Shown here one piece after another: positions 1 to 8,784 of a stretch of 64,000 nt of DNA. A model generated the notes under the pieces. The model saw nothing but the letters and a program-made list of their open reading frames with translations. It had not been told where the DNA came from and searched no databases. The first letter of the stretch is position 1; the number at the start of each line of letters is the position of its first letter. This stretch comes from Dehalococcoidia bacterium (GTDB taxonomy: Bacteria; Chloroflexota; Dehalococcoidia; Tepidiformales; Tepidiformaceae): positions 24,124 to 88,123 of the forward strand of contig JADLBC010000025.1 of the NCBI GenBank assembly GCA_020847985.1, written 5' to 3'. The translations under genes were made by a program, and so were the position numbers.

Positions 1-792
1 GCGATGAGCGGGCTCTCGCACCTCTCCGGGTACGCGGACGGCACGCCGATGAAGCCGGGCAACTTCTTCGGCGACCAGAACGCGGGCGTGCATGCGGCCT
101 TCGCGGCGTTGGCGGCGCTGCGCCATCGCGGTCGCACGGGCGAGGGCCAGCACATCGAGCTGGCGATGATCGAGGGCGAGTTCCAGGTGCTCGGCGACGC
201 CTACATCGATTACGCGATGAACGGGCGGGAACGGCGCCGCCAGGGGAATCGCCACGCCTGGATGGCGCCCCACGGCGTCTACCCGTGCGCCGGCGAGGAT
301 GCGTGGGTGGCGATCGCCGTCGCGAACGATGCGCAATTCGAGGTGTTGTGCGGCGTGATCGGCCGGCCCGAACTGGCCGCGGACCCGCGATTCGCCACAC
401 AAGCGGCGCGGCACGCGAACGATCAGGCGCTCGCGGAACCGGTCGCGGCGTGGACGCGCATTCGCACCCATTATGACGCGCAGACGGCCCTGCAGGCGGC
501 CGGTGTCCCGGCCGGCGCGGTGCTGCACTCCGGTGAGTTGCTGCGCGACCCGCACGTGCTCGCGCGCCACGGGTTCGAGTACGTCGAAGTGCCGGAGGTC
601 GGGCCGGCGCCGTACCCGCGGGTGGCGTTCACGCTCAGCGAAACGCCGGTCCCCATCACCAAAGCCGCGCCAGGCTTCGCCGAGGACAACGACGCCGTGT
701 TCGGGGAGTTGCTGGGGATGAGCGCCGCGGAGATCGCCGCGATGGAAGCGGCCGGGACGACGTCACGCCTGCCAACCGGCCAGGCTCACTGA
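1..792 (+). CDS. CoA transferase family III (CaiB/BaiF-like), C-terminal part; the gene continues upstream of the window
   Basis: The frame is open from nt 1. The product resembles the C-terminal half of family III CoA-transferases (GTPMKPGNFFGDQNAG..., WVAIAV..., DPRF..., DPHV). Confidence 0.8.
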   Translation, partial: AMSGLSHLSGYADGTPMKPGNFFGDQNAGVHAAFAALAALRHRGRTGEGQHIELAMIEGEFQVLGDAYIDYAMNGRERRRQGNRHAWMAPHGVYPCAGEDAWVAIAVANDAQFEVLCGVIGRPELAADPRFATQAARHANDQALAEPVAAWTRIRTHYDAQTALQAAGVPAGAVLHSGELLRDPHVLARHGFEYVEVPEVGPAPYPRVAFTLSETPVPITKAAPGFAEDNDAVFGELLGMSAAEIAAMEAAGTTSRLPTGQAH

Positions 793-803
793 AGGAGAAC
801 GGT

Positions 804-1565
804 ATGTCGAAGGTGCTCGTGGAATCGGCAGGCGCGGTGCGAACGGTGACGCTGAACCGCGCGGAGAAGCGGAACGCGCTCGACCCGGAGATGCTCACGC
901 TGCTGACGGAAGCCTTTCGCGTGGAGCCGCCGGCGGAGGAACGCGTCACGGTCATCCGCTCCACGGGCACGGTGTTCTGCGCGGGGTTGGACCTGCGGGA
1001 GCGGCTGGGAACGCTCGACCAGCCGGGCGCGAGTTCGATCGAAGACGTGCTGCACGCCATCGAGATGTACCCCCTGCCGGTCGTCGGCGTCGTGCAGGGC
1101 GATGCCATCGCGGGCGGGACCGAACTGGCGCTGCACTGCGACCTGGTGGTGGCCTCCACGGCGGCGCGCTTCGGGATGTCGCTGGCGCAGGTCGGGCTGG
1201 CGCCGACGTGGTTCCTCGCGAAGAAACTGCTCGAAGTCGCGGGGCCGGTTGCCTCGCGGGAGATCCTGCTTCTCGGCGACCCGCTGCCGGCGGAGCGCAT
1301 GCACGCGCTGGGGATCATCTCGCGGGTGGCGGCGCCGGCCGAACTCGACGCCGCGGCCACGGCCGTCATCGACCGGCTGGTGGCGAACGCGCCGCTTTCG
1401 CTGCGGGCGATGAAGGCGCTGCTGGTTCGGGAGATGGCGTTCCGCGACGGCATCGCCCACGCCGATGTGGACGAGCTGGTCGAAGCGGCACGGCGGAGTA
1501 GCGATTCGCGCGAGGGCATCACGGCGCGGCTGGAGAAGCGCGCGCCGCGGTTTACCGGTGCGTAG
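804..1565 (+). CDS. enoyl-CoA hydratase/isomerase (crotonase family)
   Basis: The N-terminus is typical of crotonases (VRTVTLNRAEKRNALD, FCAGLDL, GGTELALHCD). It lies 12 nt after the previous stop. Confidence 0.9.
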   Translation: MSKVLVESAGAVRTVTLNRAEKRNALDPEMLTLLTEAFRVEPPAEERVTVIRSTGTVFCAGLDLRERLGTLDQPGASSIEDVLHAIEMYPLPVVGVVQGDAIAGGTELALHCDLVVASTAARFGMSLAQVGLAPTWFLAKKLLEVAGPVASREILLLGDPLPAERMHALGIISRVAAPAELDAAATAVIDRLVANAPLSLRAMKALLVREMAFRDGIAHADVDELVEAARRSSDSREGITARLEKRAPRFTGA

Positions 1566-1937
1566 CTACTGCTGGGATTGCCACTCCGCGGCATCGAAGT
1601 AGTCGCGCCAGGCGGCGATTTTGCCGTCGCGCACTTCGAACACGCCCATGACGCGCAGTTCGATGACCTTATCGCCGTGGCCGAAGCGGTCGATGCGCTC
1701 GTTGAGCACGACGTTGCGATCGACGGCCTGGTTGCGGACTTCCCAGCCTTTGCACTGGTAGCGCGAGGTGTAGCCCGTGAGCACCTGGCGGACGGCATCG
1801 CGGCCCTGGACCGCGCGCATGGGGATGTTGTGGTAGACGGCGTCGAGCGTGAAGTAGTTGGCGAGCTTCTCGGGATCGGGGTGCTCGGTGTCGAATTCGC
1901 GGATGAACGCGGTGACGATGGCGCCGGGGTCGGTCAC
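1566..1937 (-). CDS. SnoaL/limonene-1,2-epoxide hydrolase-like NTF2-fold protein
   Basis: The 123-aa product has an NTF2-like pattern (FTLDAVYHNIP..., VFEVRDGKIAAWRDYFD). Confidence 0.65.
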   Translation of the reverse strand: MTDPGAIVTAFIREFDTEHPDPEKLANYFTLDAVYHNIPMRAVQGRDAVRQVLTGYTSRYQCKGWEVRNQAVDRNVVLNERIDRFGHGDKVIELRVMGVFEVRDGKIAAWRDYFDAAEWQSQQ

Positions 1938-1953
1938 GGGGATCTCCTTGGGT

Positions 1954-3192
1954 TCATGGCTGGGCGAGGATGGTGCGGCGGAGAAGCAGCATCGCGGTGG
2001 TGACGGCGCGGCGCTTGAGGGCGGCGCGCCCCTGGTTGACGTTGAGGCTCATGGTGCCCGTTTCGCCCCCCGGGCCGGCGACGCCGATGTGGACGAGCCC
2101 CGGGGGGATGCCATCCTGCGGGTCCGGCCCGGCGACGCCGGTGATGCCGATGCCGAAGTCCGTGCCGAGCCGTTCGCGCGCCGCCGTGGCCATGGCGATG
2201 GCCGTCTCGGCGGAGATCACACCGAACTCCTCGATGATCTCGGCGGGCACGCCGCTTTCGACCTTGAAGTCGGTCCAGTAGGTGACGAGGCCGCCCTTGA
2301 AGTAGTCGGCGGCGCCGGAGACATCGGTGAGGGTACTGGCGAGGAGGCCGCCGGTGCACGATTCCATGGAGGCGAGCGTCTGGCGCTTCTCGGCGAAGAG
2401 GGCACGGATGTGGCCTTCGAGGGTGTCTTCGTCCTTGCCCCAGATGGCGGTGCCGAAGATGCGCTCAAGTTCCTGTTCGACGGGCAGGATGCGATGCCAG
2501 GCCTCCTCGCGGGTGGGCGCCTTCGCGCCGATGCGGAGGTGGACGCCATCGCCCCGGGCGTAGGTGCCGACGCCGATGCCGGGCGTGCCGTAGAGGTGCT
2601 TCGCCATCGAATCGACGGTGCTTTCGCCGAGCCCGAGGGTCTTGATCGTGCGCGTGACCAGGACTTCGGCCGTGGATCGCCGTTCGAGTTCGGGGCGAAC
2701 CTCGTTCGTCCACATGTACTCCATCTCGGGCGGGACACCGGGCATGGAGACGATGACGTGCCCATCCTTTTCGACCCACCATCCGGGCGCCGTGCCGCGA
2801 GGGTTGAGCAGCGGGCGGGCACTGGGGATGAGCCATGCCTGCTTCACGTTCTGTTCGGGCATGGCGGCGGCACCGCGGCGGCCGAACCAGGCGCGCAGCG
2901 CGGATTCGAGGTCCGGGTCGACGCGCGGCGTTTCGCCGAGGAGGGCGCAGATGCCCTCGCGGGTGAGGTCGTCCTCGGTGGGGCCGAGCCCGCCGGTGGT
3001 GATGATGACGTCCGAGCGCTCCCAGGCGCGCTGGAAGATTTCGGTGATGCGGCCGAGGTTGTCGCCGACGACGGTCTTCCAGTAGAGGTCGATACCCAGT
3101 TCGGGGAGCTGTTTAGCGAGGTGCGCGCTGTTGGTATCGATGATCTCACCGAGCAGGATCTCGGTGCCGATGGCGATGATTTCCGCTTTCAC
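1954..3192 (-). CDS. cinA: CinA family protein (MoCF-type domain plus nicotinamide-nucleotide amidohydrolase PncC domain)
   Basis: The product begins VKAEIIAIGTEILLGEIIDTNSAHLAKQL and ends with a PncC-like C-terminus. The GTG start at 3192 was checked in the sequence. The 48 upstream codons of the track ORF are Arg/Ser/Ala-rich, low-complexity and not protein-like. Confidence 0.85.
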   Translation of the reverse strand: MKAEIIAIGTEILLGEIIDTNSAHLAKQLPELGIDLYWKTVVGDNLGRITEIFQRAWERSDVIITTGGLGPTEDDLTREGICALLGETPRVDPDLESALRAWFGRRGAAAMPEQNVKQAWLIPSARPLLNPRGTAPGWWVEKDGHVIVSMPGVPPEMEYMWTNEVRPELERRSTAEVLVTRTIKTLGLGESTVDSMAKHLYGTPGIGVGTYARGDGVHLRIGAKAPTREEAWHRILPVEQELERIFGTAIWGKDEDTLEGHIRALFAEKRQTLASMESCTGGLLASTLTDVSGAADYFKGGLVTYWTDFKVESGVPAEIIEEFGVISAETAIAMATAARERLGTDFGIGITGVAGPDPQDGIPPGLVHIGVAGPGGETGTMSLNVNQGRAALKRRAVTTAMLLLRRTILAQP

Positions 3193-3350
3193 GGCGCCAG
3201 TGTACGGGAGTGGCGGCCCGCGGTGCGCAACGGCGTTGCAGGAAGCGTACGGCGCGCTCGCAGGAGCCTCGCATGTGGATGTGTGGCGCGCCTTACGTAA
3301 AGAGGACGTGGTAGCATTCGAGGACTGACCACGCAATTTGGGGGTCCGCC

Positions 3351-4163
3351 ATGGCTCGAGCGATGTGGACGGGGTCGATCAGCTTCGGACTGGTGAACGT
3401 GCCGGTGAAGCTCTATACGGCCGCGAAGAACCGGGATGTGCGCTTCAACCAGCTGCACGCCCCGGACCATTCCCGGATCCAGATGAAGCGCTTCTGCGCC
3501 GAGGAGCAAGTCGAGATCCCGTACGACGAGATCGTGAAGGGGATCGACGTCGATGGCCGGTACGTCGTTATCACGGACGAAGAGATGGACGCCCTCGCGC
3601 CGGCCGTGACGCAGGGCATCGAGATCGAGGAGTTCGTGAACCTCGTCGATATCGACCCGGTGTACTTCGAGCATTCGTACTACCTGGCGCCGGAAAAAGG
3701 CGGGGCGAAGGCCTATGCCCTCCTCCGCGATGCGATGGAGCAGTCGGGGAAGATCGCGCTCGGGCGCGTAGTGCTGCGGCAAAAGCAGTACCTCGTGGCG
3801 CTGCGGCCGACGGGCCGGGCGCTCTCCATGGCCACGCTCTTCTTCCCCGACGAGGTGGTCTCCCAGGACGAGATCGACGGCCTCCCGAAGGACGACGTGG
3901 AGGCGACCGAGCGCGAGCTGAAGATGGCGCAGCAGCTCATCGAGACCCTCACCGGCGAATTCGAGCCGGAAAAATTCCGCGATGAGTACCGCGAGCAGCT
4001 CGAAGCACTCATCGAGGAGAAGGCTGCCGGGAACGCTCCGGTGGAACTGAAGCCCAAGGCCGCGGCGCCGGCGAAGGTCACGGACCTGATGGCCGCCCTC
4101 GAAGCGAGCATCGCCGCCGCGAAGGACGCGAAGGAGCCGGCGAAGGGCCGCAAGACCGCGTGA
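3351..4163 (+). CDS. ku: Ku protein (non-homologous end joining)
   Basis: MARAMWTGSISFGLVNVPVKLYTAAK... is the canonical bacterial Ku N-terminus. The C-terminal tail is Lys/Ala-rich. Confidence 0.9.
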   Translation: MARAMWTGSISFGLVNVPVKLYTAAKNRDVRFNQLHAPDHSRIQMKRFCAEEQVEIPYDEIVKGIDVDGRYVVITDEEMDALAPAVTQGIEIEEFVNLVDIDPVYFEHSYYLAPEKGGAKAYALLRDAMEQSGKIALGRVVLRQKQYLVALRPTGRALSMATLFFPDEVVSQDEIDGLPKDDVEATERELKMAQQLIETLTGEFEPEKFRDEYREQLEALIEEKAAGNAPVELKPKAAAPAKVTDLMAALEASIAAAKDAKEPAKGRKTA

Positions 4164-4246
4164 GAGAGAAAAGAGATACGAGGAAAGAGAAACGGGGCGC
4201 GTTGGGGGCCTAACGCGTAGGGCGTGGTTGGGGTATCCCGGGAGGG

Positions 4247-4405
4247 ATGGAATCGTTCAACGGGAAGCTGGCGGTCGCGATCGCGGTGGCGCTCATGGCG
4301 TTCATCGTCATCGGGCTCGGCGTGGGCATCCGCATCGCAACGAGTGATGGCCCGGCGGTGACGGCCACGCCGAAGGTGACCGCCACGGCCACGATGTCAC
4401 ACTAG
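4247..4405 (+). CDS. hypothetical 52-aa single-pass membrane peptide
   Basis: The ORF runs from ATG 4247 to TAG 4403-4405 and encodes MESFNGKLAVAIAVALMAFIVIGLGVGIRIATSDG... with one hydrophobic helix. GGAGGG directly abuts the ATG, which is poor spacing. It is below the 60-aa cutoff of the ORF track. Confidence 0.3.
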   Translation: MESFNGKLAVAIAVALMAFIVIGLGVGIRIATSDGPAVTATPKVTATATMSH

Positions 4406-5187
4406 TCGCGGCGGCGGCGGCGAGGCAGCGGGCGGCGCTCGATGGCGGCCGAGGAGGGCGGCGTGCGATTGGGGCTGGCAACCGCCGGAGCCGCCCTGCG
4501 CGCAGCGGCGTCCCGCTCAATCGCCCGGGGGCTGAAGGCCCAGCGTGCCCAGAGCACGCCATCGCCCACGGTCTCGGTCGCCAGGATCTGGCCGCCGAGC
4601 GCGGACGGGCTCACCGGTGCCCCTTCGAGCGCCGGGAAGAGCGTACGGACCGGGGCGTTCCCCACGAGCACCGGGGGCACCATGAGGCTCACTTCATCGA
4701 CGACGCCGGCGCGGAGCAGGGCGGCGTTCAGCGTGCCGCCGCTCTCGACGCGCACGGTCTCGATGCGCATGTGGGCGTGCAACTGTTCGAGCGCCTCGCG
4801 CAGGTCTACGTGCCCCGATCCCGTGATGATGGTGGTGATGGACTCGCTCGCGAGGTAGTCGATGTACTCGCGCGGGGTCTCCGGCGTGCAGAGCACCGCG
4901 CCGGCGCGAAAGTAGGGCTGGCGGCGAAGGCTCGGCCCGGTGGTGATGCGCGCGCCGCTATCGGCGACGACGAGCAGCGGGAGCTTGCGGTCGTAGGTGG
5001 GCTCGGTGTCCAGGTCGACGGGCTCGTCCGGGTCGACGGCGGCGAGGATGGTATCGCTCCCGGCGAGGATGGCGTCTTCGTGCCAGCGTTCGGCGACGCC
5101 GTAGAAGAGCCCCAGGTCGACGGGGAAGCCATCGATGCGGCCGTCGATGGAGACGGCGTTGTGGATGACGACGTAGGGCAGCGGCAT
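4402..5187 (-). CDS. RibD C-terminal domain / dihydrofolate reductase family protein
   Basis: VVIHNAVSIDGRIDG..., DAILAGSDTIL and GGTLNAALL are typical of the RibD_C reductase fold. It has an Arg-rich C-terminal tail. Confidence 0.75.
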   Translation of the reverse strand: MPLPYVVIHNAVSIDGRIDGFPVDLGLFYGVAERWHEDAILAGSDTILAAVDPDEPVDLDTEPTYDRKLPLLVVADSGARITTGPSLRRQPYFRAGAVLCTPETPREYIDYLASESITTIITGSGHVDLREALEQLHAHMRIETVRVESGGTLNAALLRAGVVDEVSLMVPPVLVGNAPVRTLFPALEGAPVSPSALGGQILATETVGDGVLWARWAFSPRAIERDAAARRAAPAVASPNRTPPSSAAIERRPLPRRRRRD

Positions 5188-5192
5188 CGCGG

Positions 5193-6359
5193 TCAGGCGG
5201 GCGCCGCGGCCGACTTCTTGCGCGCGATCACGGCATCAAGTTCGACCCGCAGGCGATCGAGGACGGCGTCATAGGGGAAGGCGCCGAGTTCTTCCTCGCC
5301 GCGCTTGAGGTTGACGAAGTTCGGAGCGCACCAGAGGCCGAGGTCGGCGTCGTCGGTTTCGCCCGGGCCGTTTACGCGGCAGCCCATGACGGCGATGGTG
5401 ACATCGAACTCCTTCGCGTAAGCCGACATCTCCTTCACCTTGAGGGCGAGGTCGATGAACGCTTCGTTTTCGACGCGGCTGCAGCTGGGGCAGCTGATGA
5501 TGTTGAGCCCATGGTCCTGGAAGACGGGCACGGAGCGGAACCGGCCGGCTTCGATATCGGCGATGATCTGGTTCCCGGCTTCGACTTCGCGCCACTTTTC
5601 GGCGAAGGGAAGCGTGAGGGAGACGCGAATGGTGTCGCCGATGCCGCGCGAAAGAAGCTGTTCGAAGGCAATGCGCGTCTTGAGGACGCCGTCGGGGAGC
5701 ATACCGGCCTCGGTGACGCCGAGGTGAAGGGGCACATCGGGGCGGATCGCGGCGAAGCGCGTGTTCCCTTCGATCACCTTGCGCGGGTCGCTGTCCTTCA
5801 TCGAGACGACGTAGCGCGTGAAGCCGAGGTCGTCCAGGTAGCGGCAGTGTTCGAGCGCGCTTTCGACCATGGCGGTGACGCCTTCGAGCTTTGGCTCATC
5901 GGCGCCTTCGAACTTCTCGGCGAGGGCCGGGTCGACGGACCCGCAGTTCACGCCGATGCGCAGGGCGATGTCGTTGCGGGCGGCGGTTTCGGCGATGAAG
6001 GCGACCTTGTCGCGCGCGGACTTCTGCTTTTCGTGGTGATAGAGATGGCCCGGGTTGTAGCGGACCTTGCTCACGTGCGGCGCGACCTGGGCGACCAGCC
6101 GGTAGTTCTCCTGGAGGTCGATGACCAGGTTCGCCTCGGGGACGCGGGCGCGGATCTCGGCGAGCGCTTCGACGTCCTTCGCGCTATCGATGGCGATGCG
6201 CACGAGGCCGGCGCCGGCGGCGTGGAGCATGCGGGCCTGGTTGGTAGTGGCCTCGATGTCCTGCGTGCGGGTGGCGCACATGGACTGGACGACGATGGGG
6301 TTGCCCCCGCCGATGGTGACCGAACCGGCCCGCACCGGCCTGGAATTCGCGCGCTTCAT
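5193..6359 (-). CDS. ispG: 4-hydroxy-3-methylbut-2-en-1-yl diphosphate synthase
   Basis: The product begins [32 protein letters not shown]..., followed by RIGVNCGS and C-terminal CPSCSR / GCRVNGPGE Fe-S motifs. The ATG at 6359 was checked. The upstream 388 codons of the 776-aa track ORF are a shadow of the opposite-strand MBL gene. Confidence 0.9.
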   Translation of the reverse strand: MKRANSRPVRAGSVTIGGGNPIVVQSMCATRTQDIEATTNQARMLHAAGAGLVRIAIDSAKDVEALAEIRARVPEANLVIDLQENYRLVAQVAPHVSKVRYNPGHLYHHEKQKSARDKVAFIAETAARNDIALRIGVNCGSVDPALAEKFEGADEPKLEGVTAMVESALEHCRYLDDLGFTRYVVSMKDSDPRKVIEGNTRFAAIRPDVPLHLGVTEAGMLPDGVLKTRIAFEQLLSRGIGDTIRVSLTLPFAEKWREVEAGNQIIADIEAGRFRSVPVFQDHGLNIISCPSCSRVENEAFIDLALKVKEMSAYAKEFDVTIAVMGCRVNGPGETDDADLGLWCAPNFVNLKRGEEELGAFPYDAVLDRLRVELDAVIARKKSAAAPA

Positions 6360-6402
6360 GCAGGAAATATACCGCCGGGACGCGCAACGGGGTGTAAGGC
6401 GA

Positions 6403-6430
6403 GTTGCCAGTTCCCGGTTGCCAGTTCCCA
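6403..6430. repeat. tandem 14-bp direct repeat (GTTGCCAGTTCCCG / GTTGCCAGTTCCCA)
   Basis: Read directly in the ispG/MBL divergent intergenic region, with 13 of 14 positions identical. A TAGAAT hexamer lies at 6444-6449. Confidence 0.8.
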
Positions 6431-6467
6431 GGGAGAGCGGGCGTAGAATCCGGGCGAGAGGTGCGCC

Positions 6468-7439
6468 ATGCCTGTGCTGCCGCTGCTGGAGGCGGATTCG
6501 ATCGAGATCACGACGCTGGTGGACAACCAGATCGATGCCCTGCTCGGCGGCGACGAGGAGGTGCGGCGGCGGCCGTGGGGGCCGCGCGTGCACAACCCGT
6601 TCGTCGATGCGCCCGATGTCGCCACGACACTGCACGCCGAGCACGGATTCTCGGCGCTGGTCACCCTCGTGCAGGGCGGCGAACGCCGGCACCTCCTCTT
6701 CGATGCCGGGGTCTCGCCGAACGGGCTCATCGAGAACATGGACCGGCTGCAGCTCGATGCGCGCGACATCGAGGCGCTGGTCCTCTCGCACGGGCACTTC
6801 GACCACACGGGCGGCATCGCCGGGCTGGTGGAACGGCTGGGGCGGCCTTCGATGCCGATGATCGTGCACCCCGTGGCCTACACGCAGCGGCGGTCGGCGC
6901 CTCCGGGGGCGAACCCCACACCGTTGCCGCCACCATCGCGGACGGCGCTCGAAGGCGCCGGGTTCGAACTGATCGAGACGCGCGACCCTTCGCTCATCTA
7001 TGAGGACCGCATCCTCATCACCGGCGAGGTGCCGCGCACCACCGGTTTCGAGCAGGGGTTCCCGTTCTTCCAGCGCCAGGGCGAGGCGGGCTGGGAGCCG
7101 GAGCCGCACCTCATGGATGACCAGGCGCTCATCGCCAACGTGAAGGGGAAGGGGCTGGTGGTGCTCACCGGTTGCGGGCACAGCGGCATCGTCAACATCG
7201 TGCGGCGGGCGCAAGCGCTCACCGGCGTCGAACGCGTGCACGCGGTCATCGGGGGGTTCCACCTCAACGGCGCGTTCTTCGAGCCCGTGATCGCGCCGAC
7301 GATTGAGGCCTTCCGGGAGTTCGAGCCGAACGTCATCGTGCCCGGGCACTGCACCGGTTACCGCCCGCAGATGGCGATCGCGGAGGCGTTCCCCGAGGCG
7401 TACGTCCACAACGCGGTGGGGACGACGTTCGTGCTGTAG
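6468..7439 (+). CDS. MBL-fold metallo-hydrolase
   Basis: Carries the HGHFDHTGG metal-binding motif and an LTGCGHSG segment. Confidence 0.8.
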   Translation: MPVLPLLEADSIEITTLVDNQIDALLGGDEEVRRRPWGPRVHNPFVDAPDVATTLHAEHGFSALVTLVQGGERRHLLFDAGVSPNGLIENMDRLQLDARDIEALVLSHGHFDHTGGIAGLVERLGRPSMPMIVHPVAYTQRRSAPPGANPTPLPPPSRTALEGAGFELIETRDPSLIYEDRILITGEVPRTTGFEQGFPFFQRQGEAGWEPEPHLMDDQALIANVKGKGLVVLTGCGHSGIVNIVRRAQALTGVERVHAVIGGFHLNGAFFEPVIAPTIEAFREFEPNVIVPGHCTGYRPQMAIAEAFPEAYVHNAVGTTFVL

Positions 7440-7512
7440 GCGCCCGCCGTTCGCGCTATGCGGCGGCGTGGTATGAATGCGACGGGCGGTGACCCGGCCG
7501 AGGAGGAGTTCC

Positions 7513-8691
7513 GTGGACTTCAACCTGAGTGCGGAAACGCGCGCGTGGCGCGACGAGCTGCGAGCCTTCCTCGCCGCCGAGATCCCGGCCGGTTTCGCCG
7601 GTTCGGACGACTTCTTCGACCGCGAGGACCAGGTGCCCTTCGCGCGGGAGCTCTACCGCAAGCTGGGCGCGCGCCGGTGGCTCACGCCCGCCTGGGCCGA
7701 GCAGTACGGCGGCATGGGAAAGACCGCCATCGAGCAGATGGTGCTGAACGAAGAGCTCGCGTGGTACCGGGCGCCCGCGGGCGGGCGGCTGTTCACCATC
7801 GGCATCACGGGCCCGGCAATGCTCGTGCACGCATCGGCCGAGCAGAACGCGCGCTACCTGCCGCGCATGGCCAGCGGCGAGGACTGGTACTGCCAGGGCT
7901 TCAGCGAGCCCGAATCCGGCAGCGACCTCGCGAGCATGCAAACGACGGCCACGCGCGACGGCGACGAGTACGTGATTCGCGGCCAGAAGATCTGGACCTC
8001 GAACGGGCACGTCGCCGACAAGATGCTGCTGCTCGCGCGGACCGACCAGGCGGCGGCCAAGCACCGCGGCATCAGCGCCTTCATCGTCGATATGGCCGCA
8101 CCGGGCATCTCGGTGCAGCCGATCCTGAACATTGCCGGGCGCCGCGACTTCAACCAGACCTTCTTCGATGATGTGCGCGTGCCCGCGAAGGACCTCGTGG
8201 GCGGCGAAAACAACGGCTGGTACGTCGCGGCCACGACGCTCGACTTCGAACGTTCGAACATCGCCGCGATCAGCGGTGCGCGGCGCACGGTGGCCGACCT
8301 CGTGGCCTGGGCGAAGGAGCGCCATGCTGGCCGCCGCCCCTGGGACGACGCGAATGTGCGCGCGCACCTCGCGGAGTTGCATGTCGAGGCGGAAGTGGGC
8401 CGGCTCATCGCCTACCGGACGGCGTGGCTGCAGGCCGCGGGCAAGGTGCCGAACTACGAAGCGTCCATCGGCAAGGTATGGATGGCGATGCTCGGCATCA
8501 AGGTGGCGAACTACGGCGTGAACCTGCTCGGGCTCTACGGCCAACTCACGCGCGGCGCGGAGCACGCACCCATCGATGGCCGGGTGCTGGAGTCCTACCT
8601 GCTGGCGGCCTCGGGGCCGGTGGCGGGGGGCACGGGCGAGGTGCAGCGGAACATCATCGCGCAGCGCGGCCTCGGGCTGCCGCGAGGGTAA
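7513..8691 (+). CDS. acyl-CoA dehydrogenase
   Basis: The product has ACAD-like domains ([34 protein letters not shown]). The GTG at 7513 is preceded by AGGAGG at 7501-7506. Confidence 0.9.
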   Translation: MDFNLSAETRAWRDELRAFLAAEIPAGFAGSDDFFDREDQVPFARELYRKLGARRWLTPAWAEQYGGMGKTAIEQMVLNEELAWYRAPAGGRLFTIGITGPAMLVHASAEQNARYLPRMASGEDWYCQGFSEPESGSDLASMQTTATRDGDEYVIRGQKIWTSNGHVADKMLLLARTDQAAAKHRGISAFIVDMAAPGISVQPILNIAGRRDFNQTFFDDVRVPAKDLVGGENNGWYVAATTLDFERSNIAAISGARRTVADLVAWAKERHAGRRPWDDANVRAHLAELHVEAEVGRLIAYRTAWLQAAGKVPNYEASIGKVWMAMLGIKVANYGVNLLGLYGQLTRGAEHAPIDGRVLESYLLAASGPVAGGTGEVQRNIIAQRGLGLPRG

Positions 8692-8784
8692 TCCGAACCC
8701 GCGGCGGGGAGTCTGGATTCGGCGGCCTGTTACACTTGGAGGTCACGGCCCGATGGCCGAAGCCCGATTTCCGAGGATGCACCC

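Noticed and set aside
4210-4392. A 60-aa minus-strand ORF between ku and the RibD_C gene
   Set aside because: Its composition is Ala/Thr/Pro/Met-rich and it has no RBS. The plus-strand 52-codon membrane-peptide reading of the same DNA is at least as plausible, though itself low confidence.
5193-7523. A 776-aa minus-strand ORF
   Set aside because: Only the last 388 codons are IspG. The N-terminal half is an antisense shadow of the MBL-hydrolase gene, with an Arg/His/Pro-rich composition.
8692-8784. A T-box or other leader upstream of valS
   Set aside because: The gap is only 93 nt. It has no specifier-loop or T-box sequence that I can recognise and no terminator/antiterminator pair.
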